Notes: a model not told the origin generated them from the letters alone. A DNA stretch of 64,000 nucleotides from Candidatus Dormiibacterota bacterium (GCA_049582105.1 JBAUTG010000092.1:665-64664); one strand, 5' to 3'; positions 1 through 9,388 are shown, numbered from the stretch's first letter. Made by a program: numbers and translations.

Positions 1-74
1 TGGGACAGGTTCCCCTCGAGGTCGCCGACGTGCGGTTCGTACTGGGCGACGGCGATACGGACCGGGCGGCTCAC
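1..74 (-). CDS. Carbon-nitrogen hydrolase (nitrilase/amidase superfamily), N-terminal 24 codons only; gene continues past the window edge
   Basis: Minus-strand GTG at 74 gives VSRPVRIAVAQYEPHVGDLEGNLS, a typical CN-hydrolase N-terminus; it starts 4 nt after the alr stop. Confidence 0.35.
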   Translation of the reverse strand, partial: MSRPVRIAVAQYEPHVGDLEGNLS

Positions 75-78
75 CCCT

Positions 79-1212
79 TCACGGTAGCGCAGCGGGAGTG
101 ACCCCAGGAAGCCGCGGGATTCCCTCCGAGATCCCGCAGAGAATCTCGTGCGGCAATGTCCCGGTGAGGTCCGCCACCTCGTCGGCGCCGATGCGAACCC
201 CATCACGATCGCCGATGAACATGGCCACGTCTCCGACCGCGACGCCGTCCAGGTCGCTGACGTCCACGGTCACCTGATCCATGCTCACGACGCCCACGAT
301 CGGGCATCGGCGGCCACGGATCGCCAGGTGCCCGATGTTCGACAGCGCTCGCGGCAGACCCTGCCCGTAGCCCATGGTCGCGGTCGCGATGAGGCGCCGC
401 GTCTCGGCACGCCAGGTGCGTCCGTAGCCGACCGTTTCGCCGGGCTCGAGCGTCCGCAGCGAGGCCACGCGACAGAACACGTTCATCGCCGGGCGGAGCG
501 ACGCCGTTCCGGGCACCGGCGGGTAACCGTAGAAGGCGATCCCGACCCGCACCAGGTCATGGTGCATCGCCGGGTGGGCGAGGACCGCCGCACTCCCCGA
601 GCAGTGCAGCAGTGCGTTCGGCGCCACCGGGCGGAGCACCGCCACCGCCTCGAGGAATCGCGTGTGCTGGGTGATCGTGAACGCGGGGTCCCCGCCCGAG
701 TCCGCGAAGTGCGTGAACACGCCGCCCACCTCGATATGGTCGTGCGCCGCGACCAGCGCGGTGGCAAGAGACTCCACCGTCTCGGGAAGGGCGCCGAGCC
801 GGTGGAGCCCAGTGTCGATTTTGACGTGGACGCGCGCGCGTCCGCCCGCTGCTGCAGCCGCCGCGGCGATGCTCCGGACCCCATCCGCGTCGAACACGCT
901 CATGTCCACGCCGGCGGCGATGAGCTCCGGTTGCGCCGCCGGTGGGCTCCACCCGAGGATGAGCGCCTGCGTGCGCACTCCCGAGGACCGGAGCCCGAGC
1001 GCCTCCTCCGGCGTGTAGATGCCGAGCCACGTCGCTCCGCCTTCGACGGCCGCGCGCGCGGCGATCGTCAAGCCGTGTCCGTACCCGTTCGATTTCACCA
1101 TCGCCATCACCTGCGCAGGGCTCACCAGTGTGGCGATCACCTCGGCGTTCTTCGCCAGGGTGTCGACATCGATCTCGACCCAGCGGAGGACGCCGGAATC
1201 GGCCGTGCTCAC
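79..1212 (-). CDS. alr: Alanine racemase
   Basis: PLP motif region VKSNGYGHG; full-length Alr fold by inspection; 4-nt overlap (ATGA) with the upstream fusion gene. Confidence 0.9.
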   Translation of the reverse strand: MSTADSGVLRWVEIDVDTLAKNAEVIATLVSPAQVMAMVKSNGYGHGLTIAARAAVEGGATWLGIYTPEEALGLRSSGVRTQALILGWSPPAAQPELIAAGVDMSVFDADGVRSIAAAAAAAGGRARVHVKIDTGLHRLGALPETVESLATALVAAHDHIEVGGVFTHFADSGGDPAFTITQHTRFLEAVAVLRPVAPNALLHCSGSAAVLAHPAMHHDLVRVGIAFYGYPPVPGTASLRPAMNVFCRVASLRTLEPGETVGYGRTWRAETRRLIATATMGYGQGLPRALSNIGHLAIRGRRCPIVGVVSMDQVTVDVSDLDGVAVGDVAMFIGDRDGVRIGADEVADLTGTLPHEILCGISEGIPRLPGVTPAALP

Positions 1213-3884
1213 ACCCCGACCGGCACTGGGTCGCGTGCCGGAGTGGCGGCCGCCGGCGCCATGGTGACCCGGCGGACGAGCCCGAACGGTGTCTGCTCGT
1301 CGGACTGGCCGAGCGGGTTATCGGCGATCATGGCCAGAACTGAGGCGGCATCGACACCGACGGTCGCGAACACCTCGGCGGCCATGTCGTTGGCGTCGAT
1401 GATGGCGATCCCGACACGCCGCCCGGTCCGTCCCCGTACCTCCGCGGCGATGCGGAGTGCTTCGCCGGCGGGATCGAGCGGCGACTTGGTCGCCCACGTG
1501 TCGTAGGGCGGGAGGTTCAGCGACGAGGGTCCGTCGATGGCGTTGACCCCGTGGCCGGCGATTCGATAGAAGACCCCGCGCATGCCGAACGGCTTCGTCA
1601 CCGCGGCGGCGGCGGACGCGAGGAGGATCAACGGAACGCCTGCCTCGTCGATGGCGAGTTGCATGGTCGTGGGATGCGAGAGCCCGACGCCGGTCGGCTC
1701 GTGGCGGACGTACCTGGAGAGCAGCCGCGCGGTGCGCGACACCGGGATCTCGTCGATGGGATATGACCGACCTTGGCTGATCGCGAGGGCCTTCTCGCTG
1801 ATCAGCAGCACATCCCCGTCCTCCACGGCGACGCCGCCCTTTTGAAAGCGCTCGAGGCTCTCGGCGATGACCTCGATGAGATCGCTCCCGGGCTTGATCA
1901 ACGACGAGCGCAACGGGAAGCGTGCCCAGATCCGTCCCTTGTCCTCGAGGAACAGGTGACGGCCCCAGTTGAGCCGCGCGCCGTCGAGCAACGCCTGACC
2001 ACCTGCGATCTTCGCGGCGGTGGCGCGATCGCCTCGCGCGACAAAGCCTCCCTGATAGCTCTGGTCGTCCAGCGCGCGAGTCGCGCCGTCGATGTAGACC
2101 CGCAACCAGATCTCGGCGTTCACGGCACGCCAGAAGAACATCGACTCCTCGACCTCGCCGGCACACGCGCGGCGGAAGCCGTCGGCGACCGCAGCCGCCT
2201 TCCAGTACGGCCGCGCGCGAAACGACGGCGACCGCATCAGGCTCTGCAGCACCGCGCGCTGCCTCCGATACCAGCGGAACTCGGGCGTCGTGAAGCCGAT
2301 CTTCTTTCGACGTCGTTCCACGGACTTGGGCAGCACACCGTGCAGCGCCTCGCGCACGATCGCGCGCGTCCACCCGTTGTGGATGATCGCGCTCCGCGGC
2401 AGGGTGAGGATGTAGTCGACCAGCTCCTGGTCGAGGAAGGGTAGACGCGCTTCGAGCGAGTGCGCCATCGACGCGCGGTCCTCATAGCGGAGCAGCGGCG
2501 GCAGGCTGTATGTGCGGAAGTCCTGGAGCAACCGTCGCTTGAGGTCGTCCGCGACGCGGTCGTCCTCGGGTGGCTTGCGACCGCGGGTGAAGGACGGCGC
2601 GAGGAGCGCGCCGACATCGACGCGCTGGCCCCGCTCGCGAAGCCGGCGGCGCACCAGCGGTCCCACGATGTCGCGCAGGAGCCACGCCTCGCGCGCGAAC
2701 TCCGAGAAGCGCCGTTCACGCAGGAGCTGGCGCAGCAGCACATATGGATAGTGGTCGTAGCCGGCGAGCAGCTCATCCCCCGCCTGTCCGTCGAGCGTCA
2801 CAGTGACCTGCCTGCGCGCCAGCCGCATCACCATCCACATGGCGAACGGCGCCGACGAGACCATCGGCTCCTCCATGTGCCAGACCCACGCCTCGAGCTC
2901 GCGGATGAAGTCCTGGTCGGTCGGTTGCACCGTGCTCGTGTCCGCGCCGGTGACGTCGAGCACGCTCTTGATGTAGCGGCTCTCATCGATGCGGTCTCCC
3001 GGAAACACCGCGGAGAACGTCTTGAGCCGGTCGCCGAGCGACTCCGTGTCGGGGACATGGTCGTGGAGCTGACGCGCCATGACGGTGCAGATCGACGACG
3101 AGTCGAGCCCACCGCTCAGGCAGATGCCGACCGGCACGTCGGCGACGAGCCGGCGCTGCACCGCGCGCTCGAACATGGCGCGGAACGTCGCCGGACTCGC
3201 GTCGCCGTCCTCGGAGAGGCGCGGGGTCCAGTAGGTCGTCTCCGAGATGGCGCCGCCCTCGACAACCGCGAACGCGGCCGCGGGCACCTGGCGGATGCCA
3301 CGGAAGAACGTGCCGTCGTTGTGGTCGAAGAGCCCGAAGCGAAGGTATTCATACATCTGCTGCTCGTCGACCTCACGCGGGAACGTCTCGTCCTGCAGGA
3401 TCGCCTTGATCTCCGACGCGAAGACGACGCGGCCGTGATGGCGCGCGTAGAAGAGCGGCTTGATGCCGAAGTGATCACGCGCGAGCACGAGCTTCGGGGA
3501 GGCCGACCGCTCGTCGAGGATCGCAAGCCCCCACATGCCGTTGAAACGGCGGAAGCAGTCAGTGCCCCACTGCGCGTATGCGTGGAGCACCACCTCGGTG
3601 TCGGAGTTTGTGTGAAAGGTGTGTCCGAGCGGTTCCAGCTCCGCGCGCAGCTCACGGAAGTTGTAGACCTCGCCGTTGTAGACGATCTGCAGACGGCCGC
3701 CGTCCATCGACATCGGCTGGGCGCCGTGCTCGAGATCGATGATGCTGAGGCGGCGAAAGCCGAGCGAGGCGACCGGGCCCTCGAAGTGCCCGTCGTCGTC
3801 CGGCCCGCGGTGCCGCAGCGACACGGTCATGGCCGCCAGGAGCGCGCTGTCCGGCGGTCCCCAGAAACCGGCGATCCCGCACAT
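1209..3884 (-). CDS. Asparagine synthetase (glutamine-hydrolysing, MCGIAG N-terminus) fused to a C-terminal F420-0:gamma-glutamyl ligase (CofE/PF01996)-like domain
   Basis: Starts MCGIAGF (Cys2 nucleophile) and has the SGGLDSS PP-loop. Residues ~650-891 contain GDVLLISEKALAISQGR, GIAIIDANDM and NPLGQ, which resemble CofE-family ligase motifs. One uninterrupted 891-aa frame. Confidence 0.8.
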   Translation of the reverse strand: MCGIAGFWGPPDSALLAAMTVSLRHRGPDDDGHFEGPVASLGFRRLSIIDLEHGAQPMSMDGGRLQIVYNGEVYNFRELRAELEPLGHTFHTNSDTEVVLHAYAQWGTDCFRRFNGMWGLAILDERSASPKLVLARDHFGIKPLFYARHHGRVVFASEIKAILQDETFPREVDEQQMYEYLRFGLFDHNDGTFFRGIRQVPAAAFAVVEGGAISETTYWTPRLSEDGDASPATFRAMFERAVQRRLVADVPVGICLSGGLDSSSICTVMARQLHDHVPDTESLGDRLKTFSAVFPGDRIDESRYIKSVLDVTGADTSTVQPTDQDFIRELEAWVWHMEEPMVSSAPFAMWMVMRLARRQVTVTLDGQAGDELLAGYDHYPYVLLRQLLRERRFSEFAREAWLLRDIVGPLVRRRLRERGQRVDVGALLAPSFTRGRKPPEDDRVADDLKRRLLQDFRTYSLPPLLRYEDRASMAHSLEARLPFLDQELVDYILTLPRSAIIHNGWTRAIVREALHGVLPKSVERRRKKIGFTTPEFRWYRRQRAVLQSLMRSPSFRARPYWKAAAVADGFRRACAGEVEESMFFWRAVNAEIWLRVYIDGATRALDDQSYQGGFVARGDRATAAKIAGGQALLDGARLNWGRHLFLEDKGRIWARFPLRSSLIKPGSDLIEVIAESLERFQKGGVAVEDGDVLLISEKALAISQGRSYPIDEIPVSRTARLLSRYVRHEPTGVGLSHPTTMQLAIDEAGVPLILLASAAAAVTKPFGMRGVFYRIAGHGVNAIDGPSSLNLPPYDTWATKSPLDPAGEALRIAAEVRGRTGRRVGIAIIDANDMAAEVFATVGVDAASVLAMIADNPLGQSDEQTPFGLVRRVTMAPAAATPARDPVPVGV

Positions 3885-3992
3885 GTCAGTGCCTCGCCGG
3901 CGTCACGTGGAAGGGATGCATGACCAGGGCAACGGTACGACAGCCTCCGCGGTCACGGACCGCCGACCCCGCGTGGTTCTGTGAACCGGCCT

Positions 3993-5654
3993 CTAGAAGT
4001 CCATGTCGTCGTCGTCCATGCCACCCATGCCACCCATGCCGCCGCCGTGGGAATGGCCGCCGCCGGGCGCGCCCTCCTCCCGCTCGGGGGCATCCGCGAT
4101 CAGCGCGTCGGTGCTGAGCACGATGGTGGCGATGGAGACCGCATTGGTCAACGCCGAGATGACGACCTTGGTCGGATCGATGACGCCGTGCTCGATGAGG
4201 TTTCCGTACGTCTCGGTCAGGGCATCGAATCCGTCGTCACCCTTCGCTTCGACGACATCGTTGACCACGACCTGGCCTTCGAGACCGGCATTACTGGCGA
4301 TGATCCGCAACGGCTCGCGCAGCGCGCGGGCCACGATGTCCGCACCGACCCGCTCCGTGCCCTCGAGCTTCAGCGCCTCGATGGCGGGGATGGCCCGCAG
4401 CAGCGCCACGCCGCCACCGACCACGACGCCGTCCTCGATCGCGGCGCGCGTCGCAGCGAGCGCATCCTCGACGCGGGACTTGCGCTCCTTCATCTCCACT
4501 TCCGTGGAGGCGCCGACCTTCACGACGGCGACACCACCGGTGAGCCGGGCCAGACGCTCCTGGAGCTTCTCGCGATCCCAGTCGGAGGTCGTCTCCTCCA
4601 TCTGCTGGCGGATCTCCGCGCAGCGTCCCTCGATCGCAGCCTTGCTGCCGCCTCCCCGCACGATCGTCGTGTCGTCCTTCGTGACCGTGATCCGGCCGGC
4701 GACGCCGAGGTGCTCGTCGCGCACGGCGTCGAGGCGCAGGCCGGTCTTCTCGCTGATGACCGTCGCGCCGGTCAGCACCGCGAGGTCCTGGAGCATCGCG
4801 TCTCGACGCTCGCCGAACGCGGGAGCCTTGACGGCCATCGCGCTGAACGTTCCACGCGCGCGGTTCACGACCAGGGTCGCGAGCGCCTCCGCCTGGATGT
4901 CCTCGGCGATGATGAGGAGCGGACGCCCCGCGCGCATCACCAGCTCGAGGCTGGGCAGCAGGTCGGGGACCGACGAGATCTTGGCATCCGTGACCAGAAT
5001 TCGCGCGTCGGACAGGACCGACTCCATGTTCTGCGTGTCGGTGACCAGGTGCGCCGATATGTAACCGCGATCGAACTGCATTCCCTCGACGACCTCGACC
5101 TCGGTGTCGATGCCGGTGCCGTCCTCGACGGAGACGACACCTTCCTTGCCCACCTTGTCGAAGGCGTCGGCGATCATGGCGCCGATCGTCTCGTCGCCGG
5201 AGCTGATCGTGGCCACGCGGCGGATGTCGTCGCCGCCGTGGATGGGATGCGATCTCGAGCGGATGGAGGCGATGGCGGCGTCGCACGCGGCCGTCATCCC
5301 GCGCCTGAGCTCGCTCGGCGGAGCGCCCGCCGCGAGGTTGCGCAGTCCCTCATCGAGCATCGCGCGCGCCAGCACGGTCGCGGTCGTCGTGCCGTCGCCC
5401 GCGACGTCGTTGGTCTTGATCGCCACTTCCTTGAGCAGCTGCGCGCCCATGTTCTCGAAGTGATCCTCGAGCTCAATCTCGCGCGCGATCGTCACACCGT
5501 CATTGCTGATCAGTGGCGGACCGAACTTCTTGTCCAGGACGACCGTTCGGCCGCGCGGACCGAGCGTCACGGCGACGGTGTCGGCGACAAGTGCGGCGCC
5601 GCGTGCGAGCGCGGCTCGCGCGGGCCCCTCAAAGCGAAGCTGCTTGGCGGGCAT
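3993..5654 (-). CDS. groEL: Chaperonin GroEL (60 kDa), GGM-repeat C-terminus
   Basis: Near-canonical GroEL sequence throughout; ends [17 protein letters not shown]. Confidence 0.97.
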   Translation of the reverse strand: MPAKQLRFEGPARAALARGAALVADTVAVTLGPRGRTVVLDKKFGPPLISNDGVTIAREIELEDHFENMGAQLLKEVAIKTNDVAGDGTTTATVLARAMLDEGLRNLAAGAPPSELRRGMTAACDAAIASIRSRSHPIHGGDDIRRVATISSGDETIGAMIADAFDKVGKEGVVSVEDGTGIDTEVEVVEGMQFDRGYISAHLVTDTQNMESVLSDARILVTDAKISSVPDLLPSLELVMRAGRPLLIIAEDIQAEALATLVVNRARGTFSAMAVKAPAFGERRDAMLQDLAVLTGATVISEKTGLRLDAVRDEHLGVAGRITVTKDDTTIVRGGGSKAAIEGRCAEIRQQMEETTSDWDREKLQERLARLTGGVAVVKVGASTEVEMKERKSRVEDALAATRAAIEDGVVVGGGVALLRAIPAIEALKLEGTERVGADIVARALREPLRIIASNAGLEGQVVVNDVVEAKGDDGFDALTETYGNLIEHGVIDPTKVVISALTNAVSIATIVLSTDALIADAPEREEGAPGGGHSHGGGMGGMGGMDDDDMDF

Positions 5655-5663
5655 GTTCCCTGC

Positions 5664-5978
5664 CTAGCTCTTGTTGCCGTTCTTCTCGACGACCGCGAGG
5701 ATGTCCTTCTCGCCCAGGATCAGGTACTCGACATCGTCGATCTTGACCTCGCTGCCCGCGTACTTCGCGTACATGACGCGGTCGCCGACCTTGACGTCGA
5801 GGGCGACGCGCACGCCGGTCTGCTCATTGTAGCGACCGTTGCCGACTGCCTCGACGATGCCTTCCTGGGGCTTCTCCTTGATGGTGTCAGGGAGCACGAT
5901 GCCGCTCTTGGTCATCTCGTCACGCTCGACGGGTTTGATGACGACGCGATCTGCGAGGGGACGAAGGTTGAGGGACAC
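5664..5978 (-). CDS. groES: Co-chaperonin GroES (GTG start)
   Basis: 104 aa, canonical GroES sequence, immediately upstream of groEL. Confidence 0.97.
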   Translation of the reverse strand: MSLNLRPLADRVVIKPVERDEMTKSGIVLPDTIKEKPQEGIVEAVGNGRYNEQTGVRVALDVKVGDRVMYAKYAGSEVKIDDVEYLILGEKDILAVVEKNGNKS

Positions 5979-5997
5979 GGAAGACCTCCTGGGCTTG

Positions 5998-6024
5998 TTA
6001 GCACTCTTAGTAGGTGACTGCTAA
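5998..6024. promoter_or_regulatory. CIRCE inverted repeat (HrcA operator) upstream of groES
   Basis: TTAGCACTC-N9-GACTGCTAA compared with consensus TTAGCACTC-N9-GAGTGCTAA (1 mismatch), 20-45 nt upstream of the groES start. Confidence 0.7.
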
Positions 6025-6082
6025 CACTCTAACGAACCGAGTGCCAATCGCGCAAGCCCGGCGCCCTGGGCGGCTGCCGGCG

Positions 6083-6952
6083 TCAGACGGCGGCGGCGGA
6101 GGCCGGCGGACGGGGCGCCGGGCGCCGGCTCGGTCGGAGGAAGAGGGTGAGGCCGACGGCGAGGAAGGCGGCCCAGATGACCGCCTGCAGCGCGGTCGGC
6201 GCCGCGCTGTACCCGATCAGGCCGTGGAGCACATCCCCGACGCCGGTATCGTCCGGGAGGCTCCCGCTGACGTTGAAGAGGGTCATCGACCCGCCGGGGA
6301 GGACGCCGAGCCCCTGCAGGTTCTGGACGCCATCCGCGAGCAGGCCGGCCGCGACGATCATGAGCAGACTGCCGACGACGGCGAAGAAACGGCCGAGGTT
6401 GATCCGCACGCCGACGCGATACGTCGAGTAGCTGACCCCGAGCGCGATCGCGAGTCCGATGACCGCGCCGATCACGAGCTGGAGCGGCGCACTCTGATGC
6501 GCGTTCGCGAGCTGGAGCGGCGAGCTCTGATATGCGATCGCGAGCAGGAAGATGACCGTCTCGACGGCTTCGCGACCGACGGTCACGAACGCGATGACGC
6601 CGAGCGCGATCCCCGAGCCGCCGGCGTCGGAGATCTTCTCCCGCAGTTCCCTGGCGAGCTTCCTGCTGTGCCTGCGCATCCAGAAGGTCATGTAGGTGAG
6701 GACGGTGACCGCGACCGCGAAGACGCCGGTCTCGAACCACGTCTGCGCGTTCGATCCGATGAACGCATCGCGCGTGACGACCCAGAGCAGAACGCCTGCT
6801 GCCGAAGCCAGCACGACCGCGAGCCCCGCACCGGCGAAGACGTAGCGGAACAGATCGCGCCTGCCTGCGGATGCCAGGTACGTCAGGAGGATCGAGCAGA
6901 TCAACGTCCCTTCGAGTCCCTCGCGGGCGAAGATCAGCAGGCTCCCGAACAT
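6083..6952 (-). CDS. efeU: FTR1/EfeU-family high-affinity iron permease
   Basis: Multi-TM protein with two REXXE motifs (REGLEG, REAVETV) typical of the FTR1/EfeU family. Confidence 0.8.
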   Translation of the reverse strand: MFGSLLIFAREGLEGTLICSILLTYLASAGRRDLFRYVFAGAGLAVVLASAAGVLLWVVTRDAFIGSNAQTWFETGVFAVAVTVLTYMTFWMRRHSRKLARELREKISDAGGSGIALGVIAFVTVGREAVETVIFLLAIAYQSSPLQLANAHQSAPLQLVIGAVIGLAIALGVSYSTYRVGVRINLGRFFAVVGSLLMIVAAGLLADGVQNLQGLGVLPGGSMTLFNVSGSLPDDTGVGDVLHGLIGYSAAPTALQAVIWAAFLAVGLTLFLRPSRRPAPRPPASAAAV

Positions 6953-6994
6953 GTCTCCCGGCCTCCGCGAAGTGTCGCCGACGTCACTGCCGAG

Positions 6995-7014
6995 TTTAGG
7001 TTAGCCTAAGCTAA
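6995..7014. promoter_or_regulatory. IdeR/DtxR iron box
   Basis: TTAGGTTAGCCTAAGCTAA matches the 19-bp consensus TTAGGTTAGGCTAACCTAA at 17/19 positions. It lies ~40 nt upstream of efeU and overlaps the stop of the DtxR-family gene. Confidence 0.6.
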
Positions 7015-7703
7015 CGACCGGCAGGAGCCTCCACCCAGACGGCGCGCGCGGTGCCCGGGTCGACGGTCGTTGCATCGCTCTCTCCGGCCCGGAGTGTCCA
7101 CCCACCCGCGGCGCGAGTGACGACTCGAATCGCGACCCCGGGGATGATCCCCCGCTCATCCAGGATCCGCAACAGCTGCGGTGCTTCGTGCTCGGCCACC
7201 TCCGAGATGCGAGCGACCGTCGCGCTCTCGCCGTCCGCAAGGTCCACGAGCCGGATGAGGCCGCGTCCGGGAGGCGGATTCCGACCGGGGATCAGGTTGC
7301 CGTGTGGGCACGTGTTCGGATGACCGAGCTGTTGATCGAGGCGGTCGAGCACAGTCGGGGACACGCCGTGGGTGAGCGTCTGCGCCTCGAGGTCGGCCGC
7401 CGCCCAGTCGAGGCCGAGGACGTCGGTCAACCAGCGCTCCACGATGCGATGCCGGCGCACGATCGTCGCGGCGGCATCCGCGCCGGAGTCGGTGAGCTCC
7501 ACCGAGCGGTCGTCGGCGATCCGGATGAGGCCGTCGCGGGCCAGGCGCTGCAGTGACACGGTGACCGTCGGGGCACTGACCCCGAGCCATTCGGCCAGGC
7601 GCCCGGGGCGGACGACCTCGCCCTCGTGCTCGATGTAGTAGATGGCCTCGAGGTAGCGCTCGGATGTTTCCGAGCGCTGTGCGTGCGAATCCTCAGTGCT
7701 CAC
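7011..7703 (-). CDS. ideR: DtxR/IdeR-family metal-dependent transcriptional repressor with C-terminal SH3-like domain
   Basis: Alignable by eye to IdeR (SERYLEAIYYIEHEG..., SAPTVTVSLQRLARDGL, RRHRIVERWLTD, C-terminal SH3-like tail). Start placed at GTG 7703; the table ORF extends further upstream as a probable artefact. Confidence 0.8.
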   Translation of the reverse strand: MSTEDSHAQRSETSERYLEAIYYIEHEGEVVRPGRLAEWLGVSAPTVTVSLQRLARDGLIRIADDRSVELTDSGADAAATIVRRHRIVERWLTDVLGLDWAAADLEAQTLTHGVSPTVLDRLDQQLGHPNTCPHGNLIPGRNPPPGRGLIRLVDLADGESATVARISEVAEHEAPQLLRILDERGIIPGVAIRVVTRAAGGWTLRAGESDATTVDPGTARAVWVEAPAGR

Positions 7704-7714
7704 ACCGGCGGACA

Positions 7715-8737
7715 CTACGCGCACTCCGCAAGCGAAGGGTCGACGTCGAAGCCGGCCGCGTCGGGGCCGTGGACGGCGAGGCGATGCCAGCCCGCCGCGG
7801 CGATCATCGCTGCGTTGTCGGTGCAGAGATCGAACGGTGGGATCACGACCCGCAGTCCGCTGAAGCGCTCCGTCACCGCCTCGCGCAACGCCCGATTCGC
7901 GGCGACACCGCCGACCACCGCGACAGTGGTCACGCCACATCGATCTGCTGCGGCGGCGAGGCCCGACACCAGTTGATCGACGGCGGCCACCTGGAAGCTC
8001 GCCGCGAGGTCGGCAACGACTTGCGAATCCTTCGGCACTCCCGCCGGGGTCAGCGCCTCCTGACCCAGGTCGCGAACCATGTACCGAACAGCCGTCTTCA
8101 GGCCGCTGAACGAGAAGGCTCCATCGAGGCGCGTCCTCGGCAGCGGGAAGCGCTTGGGATCACCGCTGACCGCCGTACGCTGGATCGCTGGGCCGCCGGG
8201 GTACTCGAGCCCGATCAGCCGCGCCACCTTGTCGAACGCCTCTCCCGCAGCGTCATCGCGGGTCGCCGAAAGCCGCTCGGCCACGCCGTGGTCGCGGAGG
8301 ACGACACATTCGGTGTGCCCGCCACTGACAAGCAGTGCGAGGTACGGCGGCTCGAGATCGCGATCGGCGAGCCAGGCGCTGTACACGTGGCCCGCGAGAT
8401 GGGACACCCCGACGATCGGGAGCCCCCGGGCAAGCGCGGCACCGGTCGCGTACATCGTGCCGACGATGAGACAGCCGGCGAGGCCGGGGCCGCGAGTCAC
8501 CGCGACCGCGTCGATGGCGTCCCACCCTCCCGGGATCGGTGCGAGCGCTGCCTCGACAACGGTCGAGAGCCCCTCGAGGTGCGCCCGCGCCGCGAGCTCG
8601 GGCACGACACCGCCGTGGGCCGCGTGCAGCGCAATCTGCGACGACACCACCGAGGAGCGCACCTCGCGTCCGTCGGCGAGCACCGCCGCGGCGGTCTCGT
8701 CGCAGGAGGTCTCGATGGCGAGGAGATTCAGGCGGAC
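7715..8737 (-). CDS. tsaD: tRNA N6-adenosine threonylcarbamoyltransferase TsaD (Kae1/Gcp)
   Basis: LLAIETSCDETAAAV N-terminus and Kae1 fold motifs. Start near 8737 by homology; the table ORF has an N-terminal artefact extension. Confidence 0.9.
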   Translation of the reverse strand, partial: VRLNLLAIETSCDETAAAVLADGREVRSSVVSSQIALHAAHGGVVPELAARAHLEGLSTVVEAALAPIPGGWDAIDAVAVTRGPGLAGCLIVGTMYATGAALARGLPIVGVSHLAGHVYSAWLADRDLEPPYLALLVSGGHTECVVLRDHGVAERLSATRDDAAGEAFDKVARLIGLEYPGGPAIQRTAVSGDPKRFPLPRTRLDGAFSFSGLKTAVRYMVRDLGQEALTPAGVPKDSQVVADLAASFQVAAVDQLVSGLAAAADRCGVTTVAVVGGVAANRALREAVTERFSGLRVVIPPFDLCTDNAAMIAAAGWHRLAVHGPDAAGFDVDPSLAECA

Positions 8738-9249
8738 GGGTACTCCATCGACGGCCCGCCGCCGACACCCGCAACGTCGATACCGCTCAGGATCGCGTTG
8801 AACCCGCGCTTGAACCCGGGTGCGTGGATGCTGTCGCTCCACATGATCACCGCGTCCTCACCGTTGTCCGTGTAATACCCCCGGCGGCGTCCAATCGCCT
8901 TGAAACCGAAGCGCTCATAGAGACGGATGGCGTGGTCGTTGCTGTCACGCACCTCGAGGGTGATCCAGCGCGCGCCGAGTGCGTAGGCGCGCTGGATGAG
9001 TGCGGCGAAGAGGACGGTGCCATATCCCTTGGAGTGGTCGCCTGCACGCACGCCGATCGTCGTGATGTGCGCTTCCAGCGCGACTCGCCAGAGACCCGCG
9101 TATCCGACCAGCTCACCGTCCTGGCGGAGCACGATGTACGACGCCTGACGGTTCTGCGACAGCTCGCTTGCGTACGCGTTCTTCGGCCACGGCGACGAGA
9201 AGACCTGACGCTCGATGGCCTGCACGGCAGCAATGTCCTCGTAGCGCAT
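8728..9249 (-). CDS. rimI: Ribosomal-protein-alanine N-acetyltransferase (GNAT)
   Basis: GNAT fold (RxxGxG/A motif, GYGTVLFAALIQRA). Overlaps the tsaD start in the canonical rimI-tsaD arrangement. Confidence 0.8.
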   Translation of the reverse strand: MRYEDIAAVQAIERQVFSSPWPKNAYASELSQNRQASYIVLRQDGELVGYAGLWRVALEAHITTIGVRAGDHSKGYGTVLFAALIQRAYALGARWITLEVRDSNDHAIRLYERFGFKAIGRRRGYYTDNGEDAVIMWSDSIHAPGFKRGFNAILSGIDVAGVGGGPSMEYPSA

Positions 9250-9388
9250 CGGTTCGACAGAGAGCCGAGGGACGACCTGCATGAACACCCTGAATGAGGC
9301 GTGGTGTCTGGTCTTCGCATCATAACCGTGGCGTTGGGAAAGGGCGGGCGTCCCATGACGGATGTCATCTCTCGTTGCTGACCGGTAG

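Noticed and set aside
2460-3923. 487-aa plus-strand ORF (also 1773-2444 and 1318-2373 frames) overlapping the AsnB-fusion gene
   Set aside because: Lies antisense or out of frame within a clearly homologous gene; Arg/Ala/Asp-rich translation typical of spurious ORFs in 70%-GC DNA.
3885-3992. Possible terminator hairpins between groEL and the AsnB-fusion gene (ggttc-tgt-gaacc; cggtc-cgt-gaccg)
   Set aside because: Only 5-bp stems without a U-tract; too weak to call. May still contribute to groEL 3'-end formation.
3981-6017. 678-aa plus-strand ORF and 4291-5286 minus-frame ORF overlapping groEL/groES
   Set aside because: Antisense or alternative frame of near-canonical GroEL; no recognisable protein features.
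6014-7009. 331-aa plus-strand ORF and 6021-6740 minus-frame ORF over efeU
   Set aside because: Overlaps the FTR1 permease, which has real family motifs; low-complexity Arg/Asp/Glu/Gly-rich translation.
7664-8875. 403-aa plus-strand ORF and related frames over tsaD/rimI
   Set aside because: Antisense to conserved tsaD and rimI; no motifs.
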